From assembly GCA_949282305.1 (NCBI GenBank), contig CASDPB010000053.1, positions 16,710-80,709 on the forward strand: a DNA stretch of 64,000 bases. The letters are read 5' to 3'. Shown one piece after another: positions 7,942 through 17,347 of this stretch (position 1 is the stretch's first letter; every line of letters starts with the position of its first letter). The notes below the pieces were generated by a model. It was not told the DNA's origin. It worked only from the letters and a program-made list of their open reading frames with translations, and did not search any database. The translations under genes were made by a program, and so were the position numbers. The stretch is from an uncultured Lentisphaeria bacterium (GTDB lineage: Bacteria; Verrucomicrobiota; Lentisphaeria; Victivallales; UBA1829).

Positions 7942-10230
7942 ATGAGTTTTGCTAACTGGTGCGTCATGCTGATTCCTCTGATCGGGATCCTCGGTCTTGC
8001 CGTATATTCCCGGAAATACGTGCGCGGCGTGGCGGATTATCTGGCGGCGGGACGTGTCGCCGGGCGTTATGTGATCTCCGTAGGGGATTTGTCCACAATG
8101 CTGGGTGTAATTACCGTGATTGCCATGGTGGAGCAGCAGTACCAGTGCGGTTTTGCGCTGAACTTCTGGAACCACATCATCATGCCGATTTCCATCGTCA
8201 CTTCACTGACCGGCTACTGTCTTTACCGTTTCCGCGAAACGAAGGCGATGTCGATGGGGCAGTTCCTTGAAATGCGTTACAACCGCGCGTTTCGTATCTT
8301 TGCGGCGTCCCTCCGGACGATTGCCGAGATGCTGACGAACGCAATCGGGCCTGCCGTCGCCGCGCGCTTCTTCATTTATTTTCTGGGACTGCCTCACGCT
8401 GTCACAATCTTCGGCGTGTCGATTCCCTCCTTTATTCTGATTCTGATTCTCTGTCTGATTCTCGCCATGGTCGTGATCTGGCCCGCCGGACGGGTTTCCC
8501 TGATCGTGACCGACTGTTTCCAGGGGCTTATCAGCTATCCGATTTTCGTGATTTTCGTCTTCTTCATTCTCGGTGAATTTTCTTGGTCCGCCCAGATTGC
8601 GCCCGTCATGTCGAACCGCGTTCCGGGGGAAAGTTTCCTGGATCCCTATGACATCAAGGATCTCCGGGACTTCAATCTGTTCGCACTGGTGGTGACTGTG
8701 ACCAATAACATACTGAACCGCGCAAGCTGGATCGGCAACGATACCAGCGGCTGCGGAAAAAGCCCGCATGAGCAGAAAATGGCAGGCATCATCGGGTCGT
8801 GGCGGAACGGTTTCGGCTTCCTGATGTGCATGATTATTGCAATCGGCATGATTACGCTGATGGGGCATAAGGACTTTGCCGCGCAGGCGAAGTCGATCCG
8901 CAATGAGCTTTCCGCCAAAGTCGCCGCCGAGACAGTGGAGGATTCCGCGGTGCGCCGGCAGGTGGTCGCGGCGCTTGAGTCGCAGCCGGAGATCGTCTTC
9001 CCCGAAGGCGAGAAGTTTTCCCGTGTGCACAATCCCGACACGGAGTATCTGAGCACTGCGGCGGATATTATCACCCGGCAGGAAAACGGCAATGCGGTTT
9101 ATCAGGGATTCCGCACTCTCTATTATCAGATGATGATGCCGGTCGTCCTCCGCAACATCCTGCCGAGTTTCATGATCGGTCTGATTGCCCTGCTGATGAT
9201 TATGCTGATGCTCTCCACGGATGATTCGCGTATTTTCAACGCATCGTCCACGATCGTGCAGGACATCATCATGCCGTTGAAGAAGGAGCCTCTGACTCCA
9301 AAACAGCATTTATGGTATCTGCGATTCCTGTCGCTGGGGGTTGCGGTGTTCTTCCTCTGCGGTTCGATCTTCCTTGCGCAGATGGACTACATCAACATGT
9401 TTCTCACGATTATGACAAGCATCTGGTGCGGCGGCGCGGGACCGGTGATGATCGGCGGTCTTTACAGCCGTTTCGGCACGACGGCGGGCGCGTTCGCCTC
9501 GCTGATCGGCGGCGCCGTGATTTCCGTCGGCGGCATCGCCATGCAGCAGAACTGGGCGGAGCGCATCTATCCGTGGCTGGCGCGTCTCGGTTACTGTGAT
9601 TCGATTGACTATATGCTTCAGACGATTTCCGCGCCGTTCTCCCCGTATATCGTATGGAAAATGGATCCGCTCAAGTTCCCGATCAATTCCATGGAGATTT
9701 TCTTCATTGCGATGGTGACGGGAATCCTCTGCTATGTGATCGTGTCGCTGATCACTTTCAAGAAGCCCTACAATCTGGATCAGATGCTTCACCGCGGCAT
9801 TTACAGCATCGACGGCGAAAAACGCATCAAGTCTCCCTGGACCTGGCGGAATGTGTTCAGCAAGCTGATCAACATCACGCCCGAATACACCCGCGGAGAC
9901 AAGATCATCGCATGGTCGGTGTTCTTCTACAGCTTCGTCTACCAGCTGCTGATCATGTTTGTGATCGTGGTGATATGGAACGCCATTTCCCCGTGGCCGA
10001 AGGAGTGGTGGAGCACTTACTTCTATTTCGGAAGTATCGTCGTCGCCTGCATTGTCGGTATTATTTCGACCGTGTGGATGCTGATCGGCGGATGTATTGA
10101 CCTGCGCCGTCTCTTCGTCGATCTTGCCGCGCGGATTGACAATCCTCTGGACGACGGGCGTGTCGAAGGGAATATCTCCCTGATGGACCGTCAGAAGATC
10201 GAAGCGATCAAGGAAAAATCAGAACATTGA
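7942..10230 (+). CDS. Sodium:solute symporter (SSS) family transporter, unusually long (762 aa)
   Basis: Polytopic membrane protein. The N-terminus (LAVYSRKYVRGVADYLAAGRVAGRYV) resembles the SSS-family signature around the conserved LAGR. Many hydrophobic segments run throughout. It is followed by a strong terminator. Confidence 0.7.
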   Translation: MSFANWCVMLIPLIGILGLAVYSRKYVRGVADYLAAGRVAGRYVISVGDLSTMLGVITVIAMVEQQYQCGFALNFWNHIIMPISIVTSLTGYCLYRFRETKAMSMGQFLEMRYNRAFRIFAASLRTIAEMLTNAIGPAVAARFFIYFLGLPHAVTIFGVSIPSFILILILCLILAMVVIWPAGRVSLIVTDCFQGLISYPIFVIFVFFILGEFSWSAQIAPVMSNRVPGESFLDPYDIKDLRDFNLFALVVTVTNNILNRASWIGNDTSGCGKSPHEQKMAGIIGSWRNGFGFLMCMIIAIGMITLMGHKDFAAQAKSIRNELSAKVAAETVEDSAVRRQVVAALESQPEIVFPEGEKFSRVHNPDTEYLSTAADIITRQENGNAVYQGFRTLYYQMMMPVVLRNILPSFMIGLIALLMIMLMLSTDDSRIFNASSTIVQDIIMPLKKEPLTPKQHLWYLRFLSLGVAVFFLCGSIFLAQMDYINMFLTIMTSIWCGGAGPVMIGGLYSRFGTTAGAFASLIGGAVISVGGIAMQQNWAERIYPWLARLGYCDSIDYMLQTISAPFSPYIVWKMDPLKFPINSMEIFFIAMVTGILCYVIVSLITFKKPYNLDQMLHRGIYSIDGEKRIKSPWTWRNVFSKLINITPEYTRGDKIIAWSVFFYSFVYQLLIMFVIVVIWNAISPWPKEWWSTYFYFGSIVVACIVGIISTVWMLIGGCIDLRRLFVDLAARIDNPLDDGRVEGNISLMDRQKIEAIKEKSEH

Positions 10231-10236
10231 TTTCTG

Positions 10237-10315
10237 CCGGACCGGCAGGCAAGGGAATGCGGCACTCTCTCCCCCCAAAAAACGCATTCCCGAACCGCCG
10301 GTCCGGTTTTTTTTT
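10237..10315 (+). terminator. Rho-independent terminator (two-tier hairpin plus T9)
   Basis: CCGGACCGGC (10237-10246) pairs with GCCGGTCCGG (10297-10306). An inner stem pairs GGGAATGCG with CGCATTCCC. A run of 9 T follows (10307-10315), 7 nt after the transporter stop. Confidence 0.75.
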
Positions 10316-10494
10316 GCTCTCTGCCGGTCTTCTGCGGAGACGGCTGGAGTAAATGACGGGTGACAGCGGGAGCGCGCGAATCGGCAGCGGAGTGCGTTCC
10401 CCGCCGACCGGGGAGAGACGGCTTGAATATTCCTGCGTTTCAAAGCTGAACCGGATGTGCGTATGAATTGCAAAACATCCGCCGGGAGTCAGAC

Positions 10495-10537
10495 AAAAAA
10501 CGCCGGGCACATGCTGGAATGAATTGCAATGTCCGGC
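10495..10537 (-). terminator. Probable rho-independent terminator for 10571..11674
   Basis: On the minus strand, GCCGGACAT...ATGTGCCCGGCG forms an imperfect stem followed by TTTTTTG. It lies about 35 nt downstream of the stop at 10571. Confidence 0.4.
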
Positions 10538-10570
10538 TCTCCCGGCGGAATTGTATTGGAGAAACCGCTG

Positions 10571-11674
10571 TCAGCGTTTCCCGTTCAGATTCAGAAGTTT
10601 TCTGTAGTAGGCGAGGCGATCTGCGGCGGCCTGTTCCAGATGAGTTCCCTTCCTGAGTGCCAGCGCTTTCTCCTGAAGCGCGACCGCTTTTGCCGGATTG
10701 CCCGTTTCCGCGCTGATTCTGGCAAGGGTTTCGTGGGCGACCGCCGCCACCTGCGTGTTCTGGTTTTTCACTTTGTCGTATGCCTTTTCCGCATAAGCGA
10801 GCATGACTGCGGGATCCATGATCCCGTAGGGAGCGTTTTCCAGCGTGTATGCGGTGAGAAAGACCAGACTGCTGTCTTTTTCCGCGGCGAAATCATGGAA
10901 TGCCTTTTCCGTCGCCTGCTTGTAGGTCTGCATGTTGCCCTGGTTCAGCAGGAAGTCCAGCTGCATCATGCGGAGTCTGGAATCCTGCGGATTTTTTGCG
11001 CAGATTTCCTGAATGAACTTGACCGCCTCCCCGGGCTGTCCTTTGTTGTTGAAGGCGAAAAGTTTTGCCTGAATCGCGATTTTGTCGTCCGGAGCGATTT
11101 TGAGTATTTTGTCGGCGGAGTTGGAGATGACGTCGGGCAATCCGGCCTGGATCGCCATCTGGAGTTCCAGCCGGATTGCTTCGATCTGTTTCTGCCGGGA
11201 TTCGGAGAACTTGCCGTTCATGACTTTCTCTGTCACGGACTCAAGTTCCGTCGGGTGCCCGGACCAGACGACCACACCGTTCTGCGCAAGGACGGCATAG
11301 GGGAAAAGCGACTCCGTTTCAGCGAAACGGACGCGGCTTTTCAGATTGTCGTCCGCCGCCAGAGGAATTTGGAACGGGCCGTTGTCATGCACAACGGCAT
11401 CCGTGGTTTTCACCGGATTGATGGCGACAGCGGCGAGCGTCAGCCGCGGGTGTGTCACTCCGATGGTTTCCAGCATCCGCAGGGTATTGACTGCATCTTC
11501 GGAGGTGATGTCCAGCAGGACGACCGCCGTAAGCCCCTGTGCGGGAAGCACCGTTGGCTGGGTATACCATTTTGCGGCTTCAATTGCCGGCATGGGCTTG
11601 CCGGCGTCGATTGCGCCCAGAGAAAATGTGCAGAGCGCTGCTGTGGAGAGCAGTCCGAAGATGATGCGTTTCAT
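10571..11674 (-). CDS. Secreted hypothetical protein: thioredoxin-fold-like N-domain without CxxC, plus TPR-like helical repeats
   Basis: 367 aa. RBS GGAGGA before ATG 11674. Signal peptide MKRIIFGLLSTAALCTFSLGA. The C-terminal two thirds are alpha-helical repeats (TPR-like by eye). The fold assignment is weak. Confidence 0.5.
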   Translation of the reverse strand: MKRIIFGLLSTAALCTFSLGAIDAGKPMPAIEAAKWYTQPTVLPAQGLTAVVLLDITSEDAVNTLRMLETIGVTHPRLTLAAVAINPVKTTDAVVHDNGPFQIPLAADDNLKSRVRFAETESLFPYAVLAQNGVVVWSGHPTELESVTEKVMNGKFSESRQKQIEAIRLELQMAIQAGLPDVISNSADKILKIAPDDKIAIQAKLFAFNNKGQPGEAVKFIQEICAKNPQDSRLRMMQLDFLLNQGNMQTYKQATEKAFHDFAAEKDSSLVFLTAYTLENAPYGIMDPAVMLAYAEKAYDKVKNQNTQVAAVAHETLARISAETGNPAKAVALQEKALALRKGTHLEQAAADRLAYYRKLLNLNGKR

Positions 11675-11689
11675 GAAATCCTCCGTAAA

Positions 11690-12691
11690 TCAGGGTGTGA
11701 TCTGTACCCAGTTTTTGTTTCCGGCGGCGCGGTACATGGCTTCCATGACAACGCTGCGCTGTGCCGCTTCCCTGGCGGAAACAAGTTTGACTTTTTCACC
11801 GGCGAGAGCGTCAAGGAACAGGACAAATGCATGCGGCCAGGCATCCGGCAGAACCGACCAGGGCTCTTTTCCGTCGGCGCCGGTGACATGGTTGCTTTTG
11901 AAGAAAAGCTGTTCGTTGACGACGACGGCATGGCCTTCGGTTCCGCTGATCTCGCAGGTGACGGGATTTGCCAGATCGACCCAGCCACCGGCGAGAGTGC
12001 CGACCGCTCCGCATGGAAAGTGCAGGAGCCCTTCGCCGGATTCATCGCAGTCCGCGCCATAGCGTCCCGTCACCGTATGAATATCCGCCGTGACCCGTTC
12101 CGGCATTCCCATGAACCACAGCATGATGTCGAGGGAGTGTGTTCCCAGATCACCGAACGCGCCGCATCCGGCAATCGCGGGATCTGCCATCCAGCGCCAC
12201 TGAGTATCGAACCAGCCGCCGAGAGAACCGCAATGACAGTTGGAATGGCGGATTCTCGTAATTTTCCCGAACGCGCCCGCCTCGATCTGCTGTTTCAGGA
12301 ACAGATGCACCGGATTGCCGCGCATGAAATATCCTGTCTGAAAAAGAACGCCCGCCTTTTCGATGGCGTCCGCCATCTCGACGGCATCCTTTGCGGCAAA
12401 GCCGAGCGGCTTTTCGACGAACATGTGCTTTCCCGCTTCCGCGGCTCGAAGCACAAGCTCCCGGTGCCGATTGGTTTCCACGCAGATGACGACCGCGTCA
12501 ATCGCGGGGTCATTCCAGATTTCAGTGTCGGAATCATATCCTTTTGTGTTCAGGATTTCCGCGTTTTCCCGGGCGCGCAGGGAATCGTGATCCCATACGC
12601 CGGCGATTTGAATGTCTTTTCTTTCTTTCAGCGTTTTCACGAAATTCGGCGTATGGATGTGTGCACATCCGGCAAGTGCGATCCGTTTCAT
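11690..12691 (-). CDS. Gfo/Idh/MocA family oxidoreductase
   Basis: 333 aa. N-terminal Rossmann segment MKRIALAGCAHIHTPNFVKTLKERKDIQIAGVWDHD and the EKP motif (HMFVEKPLG) typical of the family. Confidence 0.85.
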   Translation of the reverse strand: MKRIALAGCAHIHTPNFVKTLKERKDIQIAGVWDHDSLRARENAEILNTKGYDSDTEIWNDPAIDAVVICVETNRHRELVLRAAEAGKHMFVEKPLGFAAKDAVEMADAIEKAGVLFQTGYFMRGNPVHLFLKQQIEAGAFGKITRIRHSNCHCGSLGGWFDTQWRWMADPAIAGCGAFGDLGTHSLDIMLWFMGMPERVTADIHTVTGRYGADCDESGEGLLHFPCGAVGTLAGGWVDLANPVTCEISGTEGHAVVVNEQLFFKSNHVTGADGKEPWSVLPDAWPHAFVLFLDALAGEKVKLVSAREAAQRSVVMEAMYRAAGNKNWVQITP

Positions 12692-12711
12692 TCTGCTGTT
12701 TCCTTTTGCTT

Positions 12712-14178
12712 TCAGTTTATCCCTCGTTCCAGTTCAAATGCGCGAGCCGTGCGGAACATGCGGTCTTCCGCAAGATCCGGCGCGATCAACTGAATGCCGA
12801 CGGGCATTTTCGTATTTTCATCCATTCCCGCGGGAACACTGATTCCGCAGGTTCCGGCAAGATTCAGAGCGGTTGTGAAGACGTCTGAAAGATACATCTG
12901 CATCGGATCGGATTTTTCCCCGAACCTGAATGCCGTTGCCGGCGTGACAGGCGTGAAGATCACGTCACATTGTTTGAACGCTTCCGTAAAATCACGGCGG
13001 ATCAGAGTGCGGACTTTCTGCGCCCGCACATAATAGGCGTCGTAGTAACCGCTGCTGAGCACATACGTGCCGAGCATGATTCTGCGCACGACCTCCGGGC
13101 CGAAGCCTTCGCCGCGGGAGTCCAGATACGTGGAGAGCAGATCCGTTGCGTTCGGACTGCGGTATCCGTAACGGATGCCGTCGAAACGCGCCAGATTCGC
13201 ACTGGCTTCGGCGGGGGCGATGATATAGTAGCACGCCATGGCATACTTTGTATGCGGCAGCGAGATATCTACAAATTCGGCACCGAGTTTTTCCAGCTTT
13301 GCCCTGGCGTCTGCACAGACTTTTTTCACTCCGTCGGAAATGCCTTCGACATTGAAATACTCTTTCGGGATGCCGATGCGCAATCCCTTCAGAGTCGGCG
13401 CTTTTTCAAACTCTTCGAGATCCTTTGCGAATCCGCCTTCCGGCACCGGGGCGGGAAGACTGGTCGTGTCTTTCGGGTCGGCGCCGCAGATTACATCCAG
13501 CATTGCCGCCGCATCGTAGACGCTCTTGCTCATGGGACCGATCTGATCCAGGGAAGAGGCAAAGGCGACAAGTCCGAAACGGGATACGCGCCCGTAGGTC
13601 GGTTTGACTCCGACAATGCCGCAGAACGCCGCGGGCTGGCGGATGGAGCCGCCCGTGTCGGAGCCGAGAGCAATCACGGTCTCCCCAGCTGCCACCGCGG
13701 CGGCGGAACCGCCGCTCGAACCTCCGGGAACACAGTCCGTGTTGAGAGGATTTCTGGTTTTCTGATAGGCGCTGTTTTCGCAGGAGGAGCCCATTGCGAA
13801 CTCGTCCATGTTGGCACGGCCCATTAGAACGAATCCGGCGGCTTTCAGCTTTCCGGTGACGGTCGCGTCATACGGAGAGACAAAATCCCTGAGAATTTTT
13901 GAGGCGCAGGTGCAGGGATACCCTTTCGCCGCGATGTTGTCCTTGATCGTAACCGGAATGCCGTCGTAAGGCCCGAGCGCCTTTCCGGAGGCGCGGCGTT
14001 CATCCGAGGCTTTCGCCTGTTCGAGCACCGATTCCCTGTCAAGAGAGAGAAGCGCCTGAACAGAGGGTTCCACTTCCGCGATGCGTTCAAGATACGCCCG
14101 GCAGAGCTCCACGGATGTGACAGCTCCGTCCCGCAGAAGTTCGGCGGCCTGCCGGAGTGTGAGATTTCTGACTTCCAT
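12712..14178 (-). CDS. gatA: Asp-tRNA(Asn)/Glu-tRNA(Gln) amidotransferase subunit A
   Basis: 488 aa. Amidase signature GGSSGGSAAAVAAG. GatA-like N-terminus (LTLRQAAELLRDGAVTSVEL). Its start overlaps the gatC stop by 1 nt (TAATG at 14176-14180). Confidence 0.95.
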   Translation of the reverse strand: MEVRNLTLRQAAELLRDGAVTSVELCRAYLERIAEVEPSVQALLSLDRESVLEQAKASDERRASGKALGPYDGIPVTIKDNIAAKGYPCTCASKILRDFVSPYDATVTGKLKAAGFVLMGRANMDEFAMGSSCENSAYQKTRNPLNTDCVPGGSSGGSAAAVAAGETVIALGSDTGGSIRQPAAFCGIVGVKPTYGRVSRFGLVAFASSLDQIGPMSKSVYDAAAMLDVICGADPKDTTSLPAPVPEGGFAKDLEEFEKAPTLKGLRIGIPKEYFNVEGISDGVKKVCADARAKLEKLGAEFVDISLPHTKYAMACYYIIAPAEASANLARFDGIRYGYRSPNATDLLSTYLDSRGEGFGPEVVRRIMLGTYVLSSGYYDAYYVRAQKVRTLIRRDFTEAFKQCDVIFTPVTPATAFRFGEKSDPMQMYLSDVFTTALNLAGTCGISVPAGMDENTKMPVGIQLIAPDLAEDRMFRTARAFELERGIN

Positions 14179-14489
14179 TACGACATCTCCTCTCCCGGCA
14201 GCACCTGCGGGACTTTAATCAGTTCGCCGTCAACGGTATCGGGTGCGTTCGCAAGCATGGCGTCACGCCCGAGCGGCGTTCCCTGGACATCGTCGCGCAG
14301 GACATTGGAACGCGGGACGGCATGTGCCGTCGGTTCAATGCCCGTCACGTCAAGTTCGGAAAGCATTTCGACGTATCCGACGATGGATTCCATTTCCGAC
14401 TGCAGCTTCTGAACGGAGCCGGGCTCGACACGCAGACGCGCAAGCGTTGCGATATGAGCCACATCAATACCTTTTGACGAATCGGACAT
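14178..14489 (-). CDS. gatC: Asp-tRNA(Asn)/Glu-tRNA(Gln) amidotransferase subunit C
   Basis: 103 aa. IDVAHIATLARLRVEPGSVQKLQSEMESIVGYVEMLSELDVTGIEP is typical of GatC. It lies directly upstream of gatA. Confidence 0.85.
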   Translation of the reverse strand: MSDSSKGIDVAHIATLARLRVEPGSVQKLQSEMESIVGYVEMLSELDVTGIEPTAHAVPRSNVLRDDVQGTPLGRDAMLANAPDTVDGELIKVPQVLPGEEMS

Positions 14490-14492
14490 GGA

Positions 14493-16154
14493 TTATTTTC
14501 CCTTCTCAAGAGCAAGGGTCTTGGTCGTGATGTCTGCGACTTCCGCAGGACCGAAGAACTGAATCGGGCCCGGATAGACATAGCAGGTCTCGACCGCCCA
14601 TTTTTCACGGTTTTCCGCGAGCTTTCTGAACGGTGCCCCGTCGAGTTCGACAAGAGCCTTCTTGATGACCGGCTTGTCTTCGCCGTGGCGTCTTTCCATG
14701 TTCATCATGGCGGTCAGCGGAATTGCTCCGGCGATCCACTTGTCCGCAGGTTCCGTGAGGTTGCGGACGGAGGACATGTAGCCGGTCTTTCCGGTGCTGA
14801 TGATGGATGCGGCATTGTAACCGAGGCTGTAGCAGTAGTCCGCGTCGAAGTTGGACGGCATGGAGCAGCGTCCTTCGTAACCGAAGAAGTGTGTCTGCGC
14901 GGAGAACTTGCCGGCATATCTGCCTTCTTTCTTCCATGCCGCGAGTTTGTTCTTCACGAGTTCGACGAGCAGTTTTTCCGTCTCAATGCGGGAAACCTGC
15001 ACGTTGCCGTGGGGGTCGCGGTCCATCGTAAGCTGCATCTTGATCTCCATCGGGAGGGTTGCAAAAACCGCGCTGGAGCCGGCGGAAAGTCTGGCGCTGA
15101 TGAATGCCGCCTTTTCATCGTTGGATGCGAGAGCGGCGTAGGCTTCGCCTTCTTTTGCGAGCAGGTCGTTGAGTTCGGCGATCAGACTCTTGAAGTCCGG
15201 AATGAATTCGATCAGACCTTCCGGGATAAGCGCCACGCCGAAGTTGTCGCCGTTCGCGGCACGTTTTGCAACGGAGTCGGCAATGATTGTGACGACTTCG
15301 TCCGTGGACATCTTTTTCGCCTCGACTTCTTCGGATATGAGGGTTACGTTGGCATGGGTTTTCAGTCCGCATTCAAGAGCGATATGGGAGGCGGAGCGTC
15401 CCATCAGCTTGATGAAGTGCCAGTATTTCTTGGCGGAATTCGCATCACGCTCAATGTTGCCGATCAGCTCGCTGTAGACTTTGCTGGCGGTGTCGAAGCC
15501 GAAGGAGGTTTCGATATAGGCGTTTTTGAGGTCGCCGTCAATGGTTTTCGGGCAGCCGACCACAACGATTCCGGCATTTTTCGCCTTGTAGTATTCCGCG
15601 AGAAGGCAGGCGTTGGTGTTGGAATCGTCTCCGCCGATGATGACGATCGCCGTGATTCCAAGTGCCTTGCAGTTGACTTCCGCTTTTTCAAACTGTTCCT
15701 GTGTTTCAAGTTTGGTTCTGCCGGACCCGATCATGTCGAAGCCGCCGGTGTTGCGGTAGGCAGCGAGGAAGTCGGCTGTGATTTCAATGTATTTGTTGTC
15801 AGTGAGTCCGCTGGGACCGCCTTTGAAACCGTAAAGTCTGGACTCGGGATGAAGGGATTTCAGACCGTCGAAGAGTCCGGCGATGACGTTGTGCCCGCCG
15901 GGAGCCTGTCCGCCGGAAAGAATCACTGCAACATTAATGGGCTTTGCAATTTTTTCGCCGTTTCCGGGTGCAAAGGTCAGAAGCGGCATATTGCTTGTGG
16001 ACGGGAATTTCGCCGTGATCTTTTCCGTATCGGCGAATGCGGCGAGTTTTTCGCCTTCCGTGCATGCGACGTTTGCACCTGCCTTGAAGGCGGCGGGGAG
16101 TTTCGGGGCATAAGCCATTCTGGCTTTCTGCAGGGGGGAAACGGTACAATCCAT
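14493..16154 (-). CDS. pfp: Diphosphate--fructose-6-phosphate 1-phosphotransferase (PPi-dependent phosphofructokinase, long form)
   Basis: 553 aa. The PFK fold carries GGDDS (IIGGDDSNTNA) rather than GGDGS, and PKTIDGDL rather than PGTIDND. Both are PPi-type discriminators (established knowledge). Confidence 0.9.
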   Translation of the reverse strand: MDCTVSPLQKARMAYAPKLPAAFKAGANVACTEGEKLAAFADTEKITAKFPSTSNMPLLTFAPGNGEKIAKPINVAVILSGGQAPGGHNVIAGLFDGLKSLHPESRLYGFKGGPSGLTDNKYIEITADFLAAYRNTGGFDMIGSGRTKLETQEQFEKAEVNCKALGITAIVIIGGDDSNTNACLLAEYYKAKNAGIVVVGCPKTIDGDLKNAYIETSFGFDTASKVYSELIGNIERDANSAKKYWHFIKLMGRSASHIALECGLKTHANVTLISEEVEAKKMSTDEVVTIIADSVAKRAANGDNFGVALIPEGLIEFIPDFKSLIAELNDLLAKEGEAYAALASNDEKAAFISARLSAGSSAVFATLPMEIKMQLTMDRDPHGNVQVSRIETEKLLVELVKNKLAAWKKEGRYAGKFSAQTHFFGYEGRCSMPSNFDADYCYSLGYNAASIISTGKTGYMSSVRNLTEPADKWIAGAIPLTAMMNMERRHGEDKPVIKKALVELDGAPFRKLAENREKWAVETCYVYPGPIQFFGPAEVADITTKTLALEKGK

Positions 16155-16332
16155 TTTTTCTCCTTCTTGGTTTTAATTGTGTCATGGACAAAAAATCATT
16201 TCGTAATTTAGCTTCCGAATTGCTTATAATCAAGTGATGCGCGATACAATTTTTCCTGCTTTTCGCGCAAGCCGCCTGTAAATTCCGGGAAAGCATACTA
16301 TATTGACGGAAAACCGGAGAACAGGCTTGACG

Positions 16333-17181
16333 ATGCGTTTGACAACTGAAATGACAGCACTGAACCAGCGGGATTACAATTGTTACCGCAATACTTTCTG
16401 CGGGACGGAGTTTTTCCCGGAGCACAAACACTGCTTCTTTGAGTTTTTTCTGGTGGTTTCCGGGATTCTGCTGCATCGGCTGAACGGTGTGGATTACCGT
16501 CTGAATCCGGGAAGCATCCAGCTGCTTCAGCCGGAGGATGCGCACGCTCTGCGGAGTGCCGATCCCGGAGGGCAGGTGGATATTTACAATATGAACGTGG
16601 CTTCCCATGAGTTTTTGAAGAATCTGTATTTCGTGTCTCCGACCAGGGGGAATACTCTGCTGGACGGCGTGCAGATCATCTCCGAAGTGCCGGAACTGGA
16701 ATGGCGGTCGCTGGTTTCCAAGGCGGAAACGCTTGCCGTGCACCAGCAGACGGTTTACAATTCGGCGGAACTGCGGAATTCCCTCTGCCGTCTGCTTACC
16801 CAGGAGGTGATTTACCTGTTCCTCCGGCGGAATGCGCGGGAGACGCATCCCGTTGTCCCGTGGCTGGACAAGGCAATGCGGGAGATGGAAAAGCGTGAAA
16901 ATTTCCTGAACGGGTTTCAGCGTTTTGTCGAGCTTTCCGGCCGTTCTCCGGAACACCTCTGCCGGACGATGCGGCTTTATTACGGCAAGTCTCCGCAGCG
17001 CTGGATCACGGAACTGCGTCTTCAGAATGCAGCCGTGCTTCTGGAACATTCGCCCATGAACGTTGGAGAGATTGCCCATGCCTCCGGCTTCCGGAACCTT
17101 TCCTACTTCCGGCGCTGTTTCCTGGCGCATTATGGAATTGCCCCGCTGGCATACCGCCGGAAACTGCGCGAATGCGGCTGA
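16333..17181 (+). CDS. AraC family transcriptional regulator
   Basis: C-terminal AraC HTH (LRLQNAAVLLEHSPMNVGEIAHASGFRNLSYFRRCFLAHYGIAPLAYRRKL). The ORF track starts at TTG 16303, but the first ATG is 16333 (MRLTTEM). Confidence 0.85.
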   Translation: MRLTTEMTALNQRDYNCYRNTFCGTEFFPEHKHCFFEFFLVVSGILLHRLNGVDYRLNPGSIQLLQPEDAHALRSADPGGQVDIYNMNVASHEFLKNLYFVSPTRGNTLLDGVQIISEVPELEWRSLVSKAETLAVHQQTVYNSAELRNSLCRLLTQEVIYLFLRRNARETHPVVPWLDKAMREMEKRENFLNGFQRFVELSGRSPEHLCRTMRLYYGKSPQRWITELRLQNAAVLLEHSPMNVGEIAHASGFRNLSYFRRCFLAHYGIAPLAYRRKLRECG

Positions 17182-17289
17182 ACCGGAAAACCGTCCGTTT
17201 TACATGGGACTGCTTTCCGGGAATTTGACTGGCGTTTCTGCATTTTTCCTTTCCGGGATATTTTTCCTGATAAAAATAGAGAACAAGAC

Positions 17290-17317
17290 TTGAAAAGCGG
17301 AAAAGATGGAATATAGT
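17290..17317 (+). promoter_or_regulatory. Candidate sigma-70 promoter for the tRNA
   Basis: TTGAAA (17290-17295), a 16-nt spacer, then TATAGT (17312-17317). It lies 30 nt upstream of the tRNA 5' end. Confidence 0.35.
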
Positions 17318-17347
17318 AACGCCCATCAGGTCGGAAAAACCTGATAT

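Noticed and set aside
10316-10494. Structured-looking GC-rich spacer between convergent terminators, with hairpins such as CCGGATGT...ACATCCGG at 10451-10482
   Set aside because: I looked for SRP/6S-like signatures on both strands and found none. Short hairpins are expected in GC-rich DNA, and nothing supports an RNA gene.
10529-12793. 754-aa plus-strand ORF spanning the TPR, oxidoreductase and gatA 3' regions
   Set aside because: It crosses three well-supported minus-strand genes and their intergenic RBS regions, and has no recognisable domains. It is an antisense artefact.
13812-13827. TGGCAC hexamer on the plus strand
   Set aside because: It lies inside gatA coding sequence. It is followed by GGCCC-ATTA rather than N5-TTGC, and there is no downstream plus-strand gene.
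14685-16211. 508-aa plus-strand ORF, together with the 398-aa minus-strand ORF at 15934..17130
   Set aside because: They are antisense to pfp (clear PPi-PFK motifs) and to the AraC gene 16333..17181 (clear HTH) respectively. Their sequences are low-complexity.
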